From: the human T2T-CHM13v2.0 reference genome, Homo sapiens
Direction: 5' to 3' (one strand)
Assembly (NCBI RefSeq): GCF_009914755.1
Contig: NC_060942.1
DNA length: 64,000 bases
Made by a program: the position numbers and the translations under genes. How positions within the stretch are numbered: the stretch's first letter is position 1; every line of letters begins with the position of its first letter. Of the stretch, positions 51,087-64,000 are shown one piece after another. Below the pieces are notes generated by a model. That model was not told the DNA's origin. It saw only the letters and a list, made by a program, of their open reading frames with translations, and ran no database searches.

Positions 51087-53796
51087 CATTCTCAGAAACT
51101 AGTTTCTGATGTGTGTCCTCAGCTAACACAGTTGAACATTTCTTTAGACAGAATAGTTTTGAAACTCTCTTTTTGTGGAATCTGCAAGTGGCTATTTGGC
51201 TAGATTTGAGGATTTCGTTGGTAACGGGATTACATATAAAAAGCAGACAGCAGCAATCTCAGAAAGTTCTTTGTGATGATTGCATTCAAGTCACAGAATT
51301 GAACATTCCCTTTCACAGAGCAGGTTTGAAACACTCTTTTTATAGTGTGTGTAAGTGGACATTTGGAGCACTTTCCGGCCTAAGGTGAAAAAGGAAATAT
51401 CTTCCCATAAAAACTAGACAGAAGCATTCTCAGAAACTTACTCGTGATGTGTGTCCTCAACTAAAGGAGTAGAACCTTTCTTTTCATAGAGAAGTTTTGA
51501 AACGCTCTTTTTGTGGAATCTGCAAGTGGATATTTGGCTAGTTTGGAGGATTTCGTTGGAAGCGGGAATTCATACAAATTGCAGACTGCAGCGTTCTGAG
51601 AAACATCTTTGTGATGTTTGTATTCAGGACACAGAGTTGAACATTCCCTATCATAGAGCAGGTTGGAATCACTCCTTTTGTAGTATCTGGAAGTGGACAT
51701 TTGGAGCGCTTTCAGGCCTATGTTGGAAAAGGAAATATCTTCCCATAACAACTAGACAGAAGCATTCTCAGAAACTTATTTGAGATGTGTGTACTCAACT
51801 AAGAGAATTGAACCACCGTTTTGAAGGAGCAGTTTTGAAACACTCTTTTTCTGGAATCTGCAAGTGGATATTTGGCTAGCTTTGGGGATTTCGCTGGAGG
51901 CGGGAATACATATAAAAAGCACACAGCAGCGTTCTGAGAAACTGCTTTCTGATGTTTGCATTCAAGTCAAAAGTTGAACACTCCCTTTCATAGAGCAGTC
52001 CTGAAACACTCCTTTTGTAGTATCTGGAACTGGACTTTTGGAGCGCTTTCAGGGCTAAGGTGAAAAAGGAAATATCTTCCCATAAAAACTGGACAGAAGC
52101 ATTCTCAGAAACTTGTTTATGCTGTATCTACTCAACTAACAAAGTTGAACCTTTCTTTTGATAGAGCAGTTTTGAAATGCTCTTTTTGTGGAATCTGCAA
52201 GTGGATATTTGGCTAGTTTTGAGGATTTCGTTGGAAGCGGGAATTCATACAAATTGCAGACTGCAGCGTTCTGAGAAACATCTTTGTGATGTTTGTATTC
52301 AGGACACAGAGTTGAACATTCCCTATCATAGAGCAGGTTGGAATCACTCCTTTTGTAGTATCTGGAAGTGGACATTTGGAGCGCTTTCAGGCCTATGTTG
52401 GAAAAGGAAATATCTTCCCATAACAACTAGACAGAAGCATTCTCAGAAACTTATTTGAGATGTGTGTACTCAACTAAGAGAATTGAACCACCGTTTTGAA
52501 GGAGCAGTTTTGAAACACTCTTTTTCTGGAATCTGCAAGTGGATATTTGGCTAGCTTTGGGGATTTCGCTGGCGGCGGGAATACATATAAAAAGCACACA
52601 GCAGCGTTCTGAGAAACTGCTTTCTGATGTTTGCATTCAAGTCAAAAGTTGAACACTCCCTTTCATAGAGCAGTCCTGAAACACTCCTTTTGTAGTATCT
52701 GGAACTGGACTTTTGGAGCGCTTTCAGGGCTAAGGTGAAAAAGGAAATATCTTCCCATAAAAACTGGACAGAAGCATTCTCAGAAACTTGTTTATGCTGT
52801 ATCTACTCAACTAACAAAGTTGAACCTTTCTTTTGATAGAGCAGTTTTGAAATGCTCTTTTTGTGGAATCTGCAAGTGGATATTTGGCTAGTTTTGAGGA
52901 TTTCGCTGGAAGCGGGAATTCATACAAATTGCAGACTGCAGCGTTCTGAGAAACATCTTTGTGATGTTTGTATTCAGGACAGAGAGTTGAACATTCCCTA
53001 TCATAGAGCACGTTGGAATCACTCCTTTTGTAGTATCTGGAAGTGGACATTTGGAGCGCTTTCAGGCCTATGTTGAAAAAGGAAATATCTTCCCATAACA
53101 ACTAGACACAAGCATTCTCAGAAACTTGTTTGTGATGTGTGCCCTCTACTGACAGAGTTGAACCTTTCTTTTCATAGAGCAGTTTTGAAACACTCTTTTT
53201 GTAGAATCTGCAAGAGGATATTTGCATAGCTTTGAGGATTTCGTGGGAAACGGGATTGTCTTCAGGTAAAATCTAGACAGAAGCATTCTCAGAAACTTCT
53301 TTGGGATGTTTGCATTCAAGTCACAGAGTAGAACATTCCCTTTGGTAGAGCAGGTTTGAAACACTCTTTTTGTAGTATCTGGAAGTGGACATTTGGAGCG
53401 CTTTCAGGCCTATGTTGGAAAGGGAAATATCTTCCCGTAACAACTAGGCAGAAGCATTCTCAGAAACTTATTTGAGATGTGTGTACTCAACTAAGAGAAT
53501 TGAACCACCGTTTTGAAGGAGCAGTTTTGAAACACTCTTTTTCTGGAATCTGCAAGAGGATATTTGCCTAGCCTTGAGGATTTCGTTGGAAACGGGATTG
53601 TCTTCAGATCAAATCTAGACAGAAGCATTCTCAGAAACTTCTTTGGGATGTTTGCATTCAAGTCACAGAGTAGAACATTCCCTTTGGTAGAGCAGGTTTG
53701 AAACACTCTTTTTTTAGTATATGGAAGTGGACATTTGGAGCGCTTTCAGGCCTACGTTGGAAAAGGAAATATCTTCCCATAACAACTAGACAGAAG
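51087..53796 (+). repeat. 16-mer HOR variant (internal tandem duplication of m4-m7, 675 bp)
   Basis: The unit is 2710 bp. After m7 an m4-type monomer (GGACACAGAG, GTTGGAAAAGG, GACAGAAGC) starts at 52267, followed by m5-m12. Confidence 0.93.
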
Positions 53797-56700
53797 CATT
53801 CTCAGAAACTAGTTTCTGATGTGTGTCCTCAACTAACACAGTTGAACATTTCTTTAGACAGAACAGTTTTGAAACTCTCTTTTTGTGGAATCTGCAAGTG
53901 GCTATTTGGCTAGATTTGAGGATTTCGTTGGAAACGGGATTACATATAAAAAGCAGACAGCAGCATTCTCAGAAAGTTCTTTGTGATGATTGCATTCAAG
54001 TCACAGAATTGAACATTCCCTTTCACAGAGCAGGTTTGAAACACTCTTTTTGTAGTGTGTGTAAGTGGACATTTGGAGCACTTTCCGGCCTAAGGTGAAA
54101 AAGGAAATATCTTCCCATAAAAACTAGACAGAAGCACTCTCAGAAACTTACTCGTGATGTGTGTCCTCAACTAAAGGAGTAGAACCTTTCTTTTCATAGA
54201 GAAGTTTTGAAACGCTCTTTTTGTGGAATCTGCAAGTGGATATTTGGCTAGTTTGGAGGATTTCGTTGGAAGCGGGAATTCATACAAATTGCAGACTGCA
54301 GCGTTCTGAGAAACATCTTTGTGATGTTTGTATTCAGGACACAGAGTTGAACATTCCCTATCATAGAGCAGGTTGGAATCACTCCTTTTGTAGTATCTGG
54401 AAGTGGACATTTGGAGCGCTTTCAGGCCTATGTTGGAAAAGGAAATATCTTCCCATAACAACTAGACAGAAGCATTCTCAGAAACTTATTTGAGATGTGT
54501 GTACTCAACTAAGAGAATTGAACCACCGTTTTGAAGGAGCAGTTTTGAAACACTCTTTTTCTGGAATCTGCAAGTGGATATTTGGCTAGCTTTGGGGATT
54601 TCGCTGGAAGCGGGAATACATATAAAAAGCACACAGCAGCGTTCTGAGAAACTGCTTTCTGATGTTTGCATTCAAGTCAAAAGTTGAACACTCCCTTTCA
54701 TAGTGCAGTCCTGAAACACTCCTTTTGTAGTATCTGGAACTGGACTTTTGGAGCGCTTTCAGGGCTAAGGTGAAAAAGGAAATATCTTCCCATAAAAACT
54801 GGACAGAAGCATTCTCAGAAACTTGTTTATGCTGTATCTACTCAACTAACAAAGTTGAACCTTTCTTTTGATAGAGCAGTTTTGAAATGCTCTTTTTGTG
54901 GAATCTGCAAGTGGATATTTGGCTAGTTTTGAGGATTTCGTTGGAAGCGGGAATTCATACAAATTGCAGACTGCAGCGTTCTGAGAAACATCTTTGTGAT
55001 GTTTGTATTCAGGACAGAGAGTTGAACATTCCCTATCATAGAGCAGGTTGGAATCACTCCTTTTGTAGTATCTGGAAGTGGACATTTGGAGCGCTTTCAG
55101 GCCTATGTTGAAAAAGGAAATATCTTCCCATAACAACTAGACACAAGCATTCTCAGAAACTTGTTTGTGATGTGTGCCCTCTACTGACAGAGTTGAACCT
55201 TTCTTTTCATAGAGCAGTTTTGAAACACTCTTTTTGTAGAATCTGCAAGAGGATATTTGCATAGCTTTGAGGATTTCGTGGGAAACGGGATTGTCTTCAG
55301 GTAAAATCTAGACAGAAGCATTCTCAGAAACTTCATTGTGATGTTTGCATTCAAGTCACAGAGTAGAACATTCCCTTTGGTAGAGCAGGTTTGAAACACT
55401 CTTTTTGTAGTATCTGGAAGTGGACATTTGGAGCGCTTTCAGGCCTATGTTGGAAAGGGAAATATCTTCCCGTAACAACTAGGCAGAAGCATTCTCAGAA
55501 ACTTATTTGAGATGTGTGTACTCAACTAAGAGAATTGAACCACCGTTTTGAAGGAGCAGTTTTGAAACACTCTTTTTCTGGAATCTGCAAGAGGATATTT
55601 GCCTAGCCTTGAGGATTTCGTTGGAAACGGGATTGTCTTCAGATCAAATCTAGACAGAAGCATTCTCAGAAACTTCTTTGGGATGTTTGCATTCAAGTCA
55701 CAGAGTAGAACATTCCCTTTGGTAGAGCAGGTTTGAAACACTCTTTTTTTAGTATATGGAAGTGGACATTTGGAGCGCTTTCAGGCCTACGTTGGAAAAG
55801 GAAATATCTTCCCATAACAACTAGACAGAAGCATTCTCAGAAACTAGTTTCTGATGTGTGTCCTCAACTAACACAGTTGAACATTTCTTTAGACAGAACA
55901 GTTTTGAAACACTCTTTTTGTGGTATCTGCAAGTGGCTATTTGGCTAGATTTGAGGATTTCGTTGGAAACGGGATTACATATAAAAAGCAGACAGCAGCA
56001 TTCTCAGAAAGTTCTTTGTGATGATTGCATTCAAGTCACAGAATTGAACATTCCCTTTCACAGAGCAGGTTTGAAACACTCTTTTTATAGTGTGTGTAAG
56101 TGGACATTTGGAGCACTTTCCGGCCTAAGGTGAAAAAGGAAATATCTTCCCATAAAAACTAGACAGAAGCATTCTCAGAAACTTACTCGTGATGTGTGTC
56201 CTCAACTAAAGGAGTAGAACCTTTCTTTTCATAGAGAAGTTTTGAAACGCTCTTTTTGTGGAATCTGCAAGTGGATATTTGGCTAGTTTGGAGGATTTCG
56301 TTGGAAGCGGGAATTCATACAAATTGCAGACTGCAGCGTTCTGAGAAACATCTTTGTGATGTTTGTATTCAGGACACAGAGTTGAACATTCCCTATAATA
56401 GAGCAGGTTGGAATCACTCCTTTTGTAGTATCTGGAAGTGGACATTTGGAGCGCTTTCAGGCCTATGTTGGAAAAGGAAATATCTTCCCATAACAACTAG
56501 ACAGAAGCATTCTCAGAAACTTATTTGAGATGTGTGTACTCAACTAAGAGAATTGAACCACCGTTTTGAAGGAGCAGTTTTGAAACACTCTTTTTCTGGA
56601 ATCTGCAAGTGGATATTTGGCTAGCTTTGGGGATTTCGCTGGAGGCGGGAATACATATAAAAAGCACACAGCAGCGTTCTGAGAAACTGCTTTCTGATGT

Positions 56701-59700
56701 TTGCATTCAAGTCAAAAGTTGAACACTCCCTTTCATAGAGCAGTCCTGAAACACTCCTTTTGTAGTATCTGGAACTGGACTTTTGGAGCGCTTTCAGGGC
56801 TAAGGTGAAAAAGGAAATATCTTCCCATAAAAACTGGACAGAAGCATTCTCAGAAACTTGTTTATGCTGTATCTACTCAACTAACAAAGTTGAACCTTTC
56901 TTTTGATAGAGCAGTTTTGAAATGCTCTTTTTGTGGAATCTGCAAGTGGATATTTGGCTAGTTTTGAGGATTTCGTTGGAAGCGGGAATTCATACAAATT
57001 GCAGACTGCAGCGTTCTGGGAAACATCTTTGTGATGTTTGTATTCAGGACAGAGAGTTGAACATTCCCTATCATAGAGCAGGTTGGAATCACTCCTTTTG
57101 TAGTATCTGGAAGTGGACATTTGGAGCGCTTTCTGGCCTATGTTGAAAAAGGAAATATCTTCCCATAACAACTAGACACAAGCATTCTCAGAAACTTGTT
57201 TGTGATGTGTGCCCTCTACTGACAGAGTTGAACCTTTCTTTTCATAGAGCAGTTTTGAAACACTCTTTTTGTAGAATCTGCAAGAGGATATTTGCATAGC
57301 TTTGAGGATTTCGTGGGAAACGGGATTGTCTTCAGGTAAAATCTAGACAGTAGCAATCTCAGAAACTTCTTTGGGATGTTTGCATTCAAGTCACAGAGTA
57401 GAACATTCCCTTTGGTAGAGCAGGTTTGAAACACTCTTTTTGTAGTATCTGGAAGTGGACATTTGGAGCGCTTTCAGGCCTATGTTGGAAAGGGAAATAT
57501 CTTCCGGTAACAACTAGGCAGAAGCATTCTCAGAAACTTATTTGAGATGTGTGTACTCAACTAAGAGAATTGAACCACCGTTTTGAAGGAGCAGTTTTGA
57601 AACACTCTTTTTCTGGAATCTGCAAGAGGATATTTGCCTAGCTTTGAGGATTTCGTTGGAAACGGGATTGTCTTCAGATCAAATCTAGACAGAAGCATTC
57701 TCAGAAACTTCTTTGGGATGTTTGCATTCAAGTCACAGAGTAGAACATTCCCTTTGGTAGAGCAGGTGTGAAACACTCTTTTTTTAGTATATGGAAGTGG
57801 ACATTTGGAGCGCTTTCAGGCCTACGTTGGAAAAGGAAATATCTTCCCATAACAACTAGACAGAAGCATTCTCAGAAACTAGTTTCTGATGTGTGTCCTC
57901 AACTAACACAGTTGAACATTTCTTTAGACAGAACAGTTTTGAAACTCACTTTTTGTGGAATCTGCAAGTGGCTATTTGGCTAGATTTGAGGATTTCGTTG
58001 GAAACGGGATTACATATAAAAAGCAGACAGCAGCATTCTCAGAAAGTTCTTTGTGATGATTGCATTCAAGTCACAGAATTGAACATTCCCTTTCACAGAG
58101 CAGGTTTGAAACACTCTTTTTGTAGTGTGTGTAAGTGGACATTTGGAGCACTTTCCGGCCTAAGGTGAGAAAGGAAATATCTTCCCATAAAAACTAGACA
58201 GAAGCACTCTCAGAAACTTACTCGTGATGTGTGTCCTCAACTAAAGGAGTAGAACCTTTCTTTCATAGAGAAGTTTTGAAACGCTCTTTTTGTGGAATCT
58301 GCAAGTGGATATTTGGCTAGTTTTGAGGATTTCGTTGGAAGCGGGAATTCATACAAATTGCAGACTGCAGCGTTCTGAGAAACATCTTTGTGATGTTTGT
58401 ATTCAGGACACAGAGTTGAACATTCCCTATCATAGAGCAGGTTTGAATCACTCCTTTTGTAGTATCTGGAAGTGGACATTTGGAGCGCTTTCAGGCCTAT
58501 GTTGGAAAAGGAAATATCTTCCCATAACAACTAGACAGAAGCATTCTCAGAAACTTATTTGAGATGTGTGTACTCAACTAAGAGAATTGAACCACCGTTT
58601 TGAAGGAGCAGTTTTGAAACACTCTTTTTCTGGAATCTGCAAGTGGATATTTGGCTAGCTTTGGGGATTTCGCTGGAAGCGGGAATACATATAAAAAGCA
58701 CACAGCAGCGTTCTGAGAAACTGCTTTCTGATGTTTGCATTCAAGTCAAAAGTTGAACACTCCCTTTCATAGTGCAGTCCTGAAACACTCCTTTTGTAGT
58801 ATCTGGAACTGGACTTTTGGAGCGCTTTCAGGGCTAAGGTGAAAAAGGAAATATCTTCCCATAAAAACTGGACAGAAGCATTCTCAGAAACTTGTTTATG
58901 CTGTATCTACTCAACTAACAAAGTTGAACCTTTCTTTTGATAGAGCAGTTTTGAAATGCTCTTTTTGTGGAATCTGCAAGTGGATATTTGGCTAGTTTTG
59001 AGGATTTCGTTGGAAGCGGGAATTCATACAAATTGCAGACTGCAGCGTTCTGAGAAACATCTTTGTGATGTTTGTATTCAGGACAGAGAGTTGAACATTC
59101 CCTATCATAGAGCAGGTTGGAATCACTCCTTTTGTAGTATCTGGAAGTGGACATTTGGAGCGCTTTCAGGCCTATGTTGAAAAAGGAAATATCTTCCCAT
59201 AACAACTAGACACAAGCATTCTCAGAAACTTGTTTGTGATGTGTGCCCTCTACTGACAGAGTTGAACCTTTCTTTTCATAGAGCAGTTTTGAAACACTCT
59301 TTTTGTAGAATCTGCAAGAGGATATTTGCATAGCTTTGAGGATTTCGTGGGAAACGGGATTGTCTTCAGGTAAAATCTAGACAGAAGCATTCTCAGAAAC
59401 TTCTTTGGGATGTTTGCATTCAAGTCACAGAGTAGAACATTCCCTTTGGTAGAGCAGGTTTGAAACACTCTTTTTGTAGTATCTGGAAGTGGACATTTGG
59501 AGCGCTTTCAGGCCTATGTTGGAAAGGGAAATATCTTCCCGTAACAACTAGGCAGAAGCATTCTCAGAAACTTATTTGAGATGTGTGTACTCAACTAAGA
59601 GAATTGAACCACCGTTTTGAAGGAGCAGTTTTGAAACACTCTTTTTCTGGAATCTGCAAGAGGATATTTGCCTAGCCTTGAGGATTTCGTTGGAAACGGG

Positions 59701-62700
59701 ATTGTCTTCAGATCAAATCTAGACAGAAGCATTCTCAGAAACTTCTTTGGGATGTTTGCATTCAAGTCACAGAGTAGAACATTCCCTTTGGTAGAGCAGG
59801 TTTGAAACACTCTTTTTTTAGTATATGGAAGTGGACATTTGGAGCGCTTTCAGGCCTACGTTGGAAAAGGAAATATCTTCCCATAACAACTAGACAGAAG
59901 CATTCTCAGAAACTAGTTTCTGATGTGTGTCCTCAACTAACACAGTTGAACATTTCTTTAGACAGAACAGTTTTGAAACACTCTTTTTGTCGAATCTGCA
60001 AGTGGCTATTTGGCTAGATTTGAGGATTTCGTTGGAAACGGGATTACATATACAAAGCAGACAGCAGCATTCTCAGAAAGTTCTTTGTGATGATTGCATT
60101 CAAGTCACAGAATTGAACATTCCCTTTCACAGAGCAGGTTTGAAACACTCTTTTTGTAGTGTGTGTAAGTGGACATTTGGAGCACTTTCCGGCCTAAGGT
60201 GAAAAAGGAAATATCTTCCCATAAAAACTAGACAGAAGCACTCTCAGAAACTTACTCGTGATGTGTGTCCTCAACTAAAGGAGTAGAACCTTTCTTTTCA
60301 TAGAGAAGTTTTGAAACGCTCTTTTTGTGGAATCTGCAAGTGGATATTTGGCTAGTTTGGAGGATTTCGTTGGAAGCGGGAATTCATACAAATTGCAGAC
60401 TGCAGCGTTCTGAGAAACATCTTTGTGATGTTTGTATTCAGGACACAGAGTTGAACATTCCCTATCATAGAGCAGGTTTGAATCACTCCTTTTGTAGTAT
60501 CTGGAAGTGGACATTTGGAGCGCTTTCAGGCCTATGTTGGAAAAGGAAATATCTTCCCATAACAACTAGACAGAAGCATTCTCAGAAACTTATTTGAGAT
60601 GTGTGTACTCAACTAAGAGAATTGAACCACCGTTTTGAAGGAGCAGTTTTGAAACACTCTTTTTCTGGAATCTGCAAGTGGATATTTGGCTAGCTTTGGG
60701 GATTTCGCTGGAAGCGGGAATACATATAAAAAGCACACAGCAGCGTTCTGAGAAACTGCTTTCTGATGTTTGCATTCAAGTCAAAAGTTGAACACTCCCT
60801 TTCATAGTGCAGTCCTGAAACACTCCTTTTGTAGTATCTGGAACTGGACTTTTGGAGCGCTTTCAGGGCTAAGGTGAAAAAGGAAATATCTTCCCATAAA
60901 AACTGGACAGAAGCATTCTCAGAAACTTGTTTATGCTGTATCTACTCAACTAACAAAGTTGAACCTTTCTTTTGATAGAGCAGTTTTGAAATGCTCTTTT
61001 TGTGGAATCTGCAAGTGGATATTTGGCTAGTTTTGAGGATTTCGTTGGAAGCGGGAATTCATACAAATTGCAGACTGCAGCGTTCTGAGAAACATCTTTG
61101 TGATGTTTGTATTCAGGACAGAGAGTTGAACATTCCCTATCATAGAGCAGGTTGGAATCACTCCTTTTGTAGTATCTGGAAGTGGACATTTGGAGCGCTT
61201 TCAGGCCTATGTTGAAAAAGGAAATATCTTCCCATAACAACTAGACACAAGCATTCTCAGAAACTTGTTTGTGATGTGTGCCCTCTACTGACAGAGTTGA
61301 ACCTTTCTTTTCATAGAGCAGTTTTGAAACACTCTTTTTGTAGAATCTGCAAGAGGATATTTGCATAGCTTTGAGGATTTCGTGGGAAACGGGATTGTCT
61401 TCAGGTAAAATCTAGACAGAAGCATTCTCAGAAACTTCTTTGGGATGTTTGCATTCAAGTCACAGAGTAGAACATTCCCTTTGGTAGAGCAGGTTTGAAA
61501 CACTCTTTTTGTAGTATCTGGAAGTGGACATTTGGAGCGCTTTCAGGCCTATGTTGGAAAGGGAAATATCTTCCCGTAACAACTAGGCAGAAGCATTCTC
61601 AGAAACTTATTTGAGATGTGTGTACTCAACTAAGAGAATTGAACCACCGTTTTGAAGGAGCAGTTTTGAAACACTCTTTTTCTGGAATCTGCAAGAGGAT
61701 ATTTGCCTAGCCTTGAGGATTTCGTTGGAAACGGGATTGTCTTCAGATCAAATCTAGACAGAAGCATTCTCAGAAACTTCTTTGGGATGTTTGCATTCAA
61801 GTCACAGAGTAGAACATTCCCTTTGGTAGAGCAGGTTTGAAACACTCTTTTTTTAGTATATGGAAGTGGACATTTGGAGCGCTTTCAGGCCTACGTTGGA
61901 AAAGGAAATATCTTCCCATAACAACTAGACAGAAGCATTCTCAGAAACTAGTTTCTGATGTGTGTCCTCAACTAACACAGTTGAACATTTCTTTAGACAG
62001 AACAGTTTTGAAACACTCTTTTTGTCGAATCTGCAAGTGGCTATTTGGCTAGATTTGAGGATTTCGTTGGAAACGGGATTACATATAAAAAGCAGACAGC
62101 AGCATTCTCAGAAAGTTCTTTGTGATGATTGCATTCAAGTCACAGAATTGAACATTCCCTTTCACAGAGCAGGTTTGAAACACTCTTTTTGTAGTGTGTG
62201 TAAGTGGACATTTGGAGCACTTTCCGGCCTAAGGTGAAAAAGGAAATATCTTCCCATAAAAACTAGACAGAAACACTCTCAGAAACTTACTCGTGATGTG
62301 TGTCCTCAACTAAAGGAGTAGAACCTTTCTTTTCATAGAGAAGTTTTGAAACGCTCTTTTTGTGGAATCTGCAAGTGGATATTTGGCTAGTTTGGAGGAT
62401 TTCGTTGGAAGCGGGAATTCATACAAATTGCAGACTGCAGCGTTCTGAGAAACATCTTTGTGATGTTTGTATTCAGGACACAGAGTTGAACATTCCCTAT
62501 CATAGAGCAGGTTTGAATCACTCCTTTTGTAGTATCTGGAAGTGGACATTTGGAGCGCTTTCAGGCCTATGTTGGAAAAGGAAATATCTTCCCATAACAA
62601 CTAGACAGAAGCATTCTCAGAAACTTATTTGAGATGTGTGTACTCAACTAAGAGAATTGAACCACCGTTTTGAAGGAGCAGTTTTGAAACACTCTTTTTC

Positions 62701-63970
62701 TGGAATCTGCAAGTGGATATTTGGCTAGCTTTGGGGATTTCGCTGGAAGCGGGAATACATATAAAAAGCACACAGCAGCGTTCTGAGAAACTGCTTTCTG
62801 ATGTTTGCATTCAAGTCAAAAGTTGAACACTCCCTTTCATAGAGCAGTCCTGAAACACTCCTTTTGTAGTATCTGGAACTGGACTTTTGGAGCGCTTTCA
62901 GGGCTAAGGTGAAAAAGGAAATATCTTCCCATAAAAACTGGACAGAATCATTCTCAGAAACTTGTTTATGCTGTATCTACTCAACTAACAAAGTTGAACC
63001 TTTCTTTTGATAGAGCAGTTTTGAAATGCTCTTTTTGTGGAATCTGCAAGTGGATATTTGGCTAGTTTTGAGGATTTCGTTGGAAGCGGGAATTCATACA
63101 AATTGCAGACTGCAGCGTTCTGAGAAACATCTTTGTGATGTTTGTATTCAGGACAGAGAGTTGAACATTCCCTATCATAGAGCAGGTTGGAATCACTCCT
63201 TTTGTAGTATCTGGAAGTGGACATTTGGAGCGCTTTCAGGCCTATGTTGAAAAAGGAAATATCTTCCCATAACAACTAGACACAAGCATTCTCAGAAACT
63301 TGTTTGTGATGTGTGCCCTCTACTGACAGAGTTGAACCTTTCTTTTCATAGAGCAGTTTTGAAACACTCTTTTTGTAGAATCTGCAAGAGGATATTTGCA
63401 TAGCTTTGAGGATTTCGTGGGAAACGGGATTGTCTTCAGGTAAAATCTAGACAGAAGCATTCTCAGAAACTTCTTTGGGATGTTTGCATTCAAGTCACAG
63501 AGTAGAACATTCCCTTTGGTAGAGCAGGTTTGAAACACTCTTTTTGTAGTATCTGGAAGTGGACATTTGGAGCGCTTTCAGGCCTATGTTGGAAAGGGAA
63601 ATATCTTCCCGTAACAACTAGGCAGAAGCATTCTCAGAAACTTATTTGAGATGTGTGTACTCAACTAAGAGAATTGAACCACCGTTTTGAAGGAGCAGTT
63701 TTGAAACACTCTTTTTCTGGAATCTGCAAGAGGATATTTGCCTAGCCTTGAGGATTTCGTTGGAAACGGGATTGTCTTCAGATCAAATCTAGACAGAAGC
63801 ATTCTCAGAAACTTCTTTGGGATGTTTGCATTCAAGTCACAGAGTAGAACATTCCCTTTGGTAGAGCAGGTTTGAAACACTCTTTTTTTAGTATATGGAA
63901 GTGGACATTTGGAGCGCTTTCAGGCCTACGTTGGAAAAGGAAATATCTTCCCATAACAACTAGACAGAAG
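53797..63970 (+). repeat. Five consecutive 12-mers (starts 53797, 55832, 57867, 59901, 61936)
   Basis: 2035/2034-bp period; the next m1 begins at 63971. Confidence 0.95.
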
Positions 63971-64000
63971 CATTCTCAGAAACTAGTTTCTGATGTGTGT

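Larger units (their letters stand above)
1..64000 (+). repeat. Centromeric alpha-satellite (alphoid) HOR array, uniform head-to-tail orientation
   Basis: Monomers of about 171 bp begin CATTCTCAGAAA or CGTTCTGAGAAA and contain typical alphoid motifs (GTTTTGAAACACTCTTTTTGT, GGAATCTGCAAGTGGATATTTGG) and CENP-B boxes throughout. The ORF track repeats with a 2035-bp period. Confidence 0.99.

Noticed and set aside
83-63880. Hundreds of 61-122 aa ORFs on both strands (e.g. MSSTNTVEH..., MLWEDISF..., MFQTCSTKG...)
   Set aside because: They recur with the satellite period, overlap in all frames, mostly start at TTG/GTG, are broken freely by indels and stops, and resemble no protein family I recognise. 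They are chance translations of alphoid DNA.
1-64000. CRISPR-like or other repeat-spacer array suggested by regularly spaced conserved motifs
   Set aside because: The intervening sequences are homologous monomer bodies repeated every HOR, not unique spacers. No cas genes or leader are present.
1-64000. Transposon insertion (L1/Alu), inversion or unique island
   Set aside because: Every inter-unit distance is accounted for by whole monomers plus or minus 1 bp. I saw no poly(A) tail, target-site duplication or strand switch.

Overview
The whole 64 kb is one uninterrupted, single-orientation centromeric alpha-satellite array of about 377 monomers (167-171 bp each). It has no genes, transposons or unique sequence, and all listed ORFs are artefacts of the repeat. 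The basic unit is a 2035-bp 12-monomer higher-order repeat (HOR). My labels are m1-m12, with m1 starting at 57 and lengths 167/171/167/171/167/170/167/171/171/171/171/171. CENP-B boxes occupy alternate monomers, and two EcoRI sites cut each HOR into about 675 + 1360 bp. This fits the human chr18 active array D18Z1 (S2C18H1L, SF2 dimeric family); that assignment is from recall, not from an alignment. Of 36 complete units, 26 are 12-mers (two chimeric), one is a 13-mer, two are 6-mers, six are 4-mers and one is a 16-mer. Shared SNVs show nested local duplications at offsets of 2710, 4070, 5091 and 10164 bp. I found no new protein- or RNA-based system. The notable signal is the recombination and conversion record of the array, especially an out-of-register single-monomer duplication whose junction fuses a pJalpha-type box to a CENP-B box.
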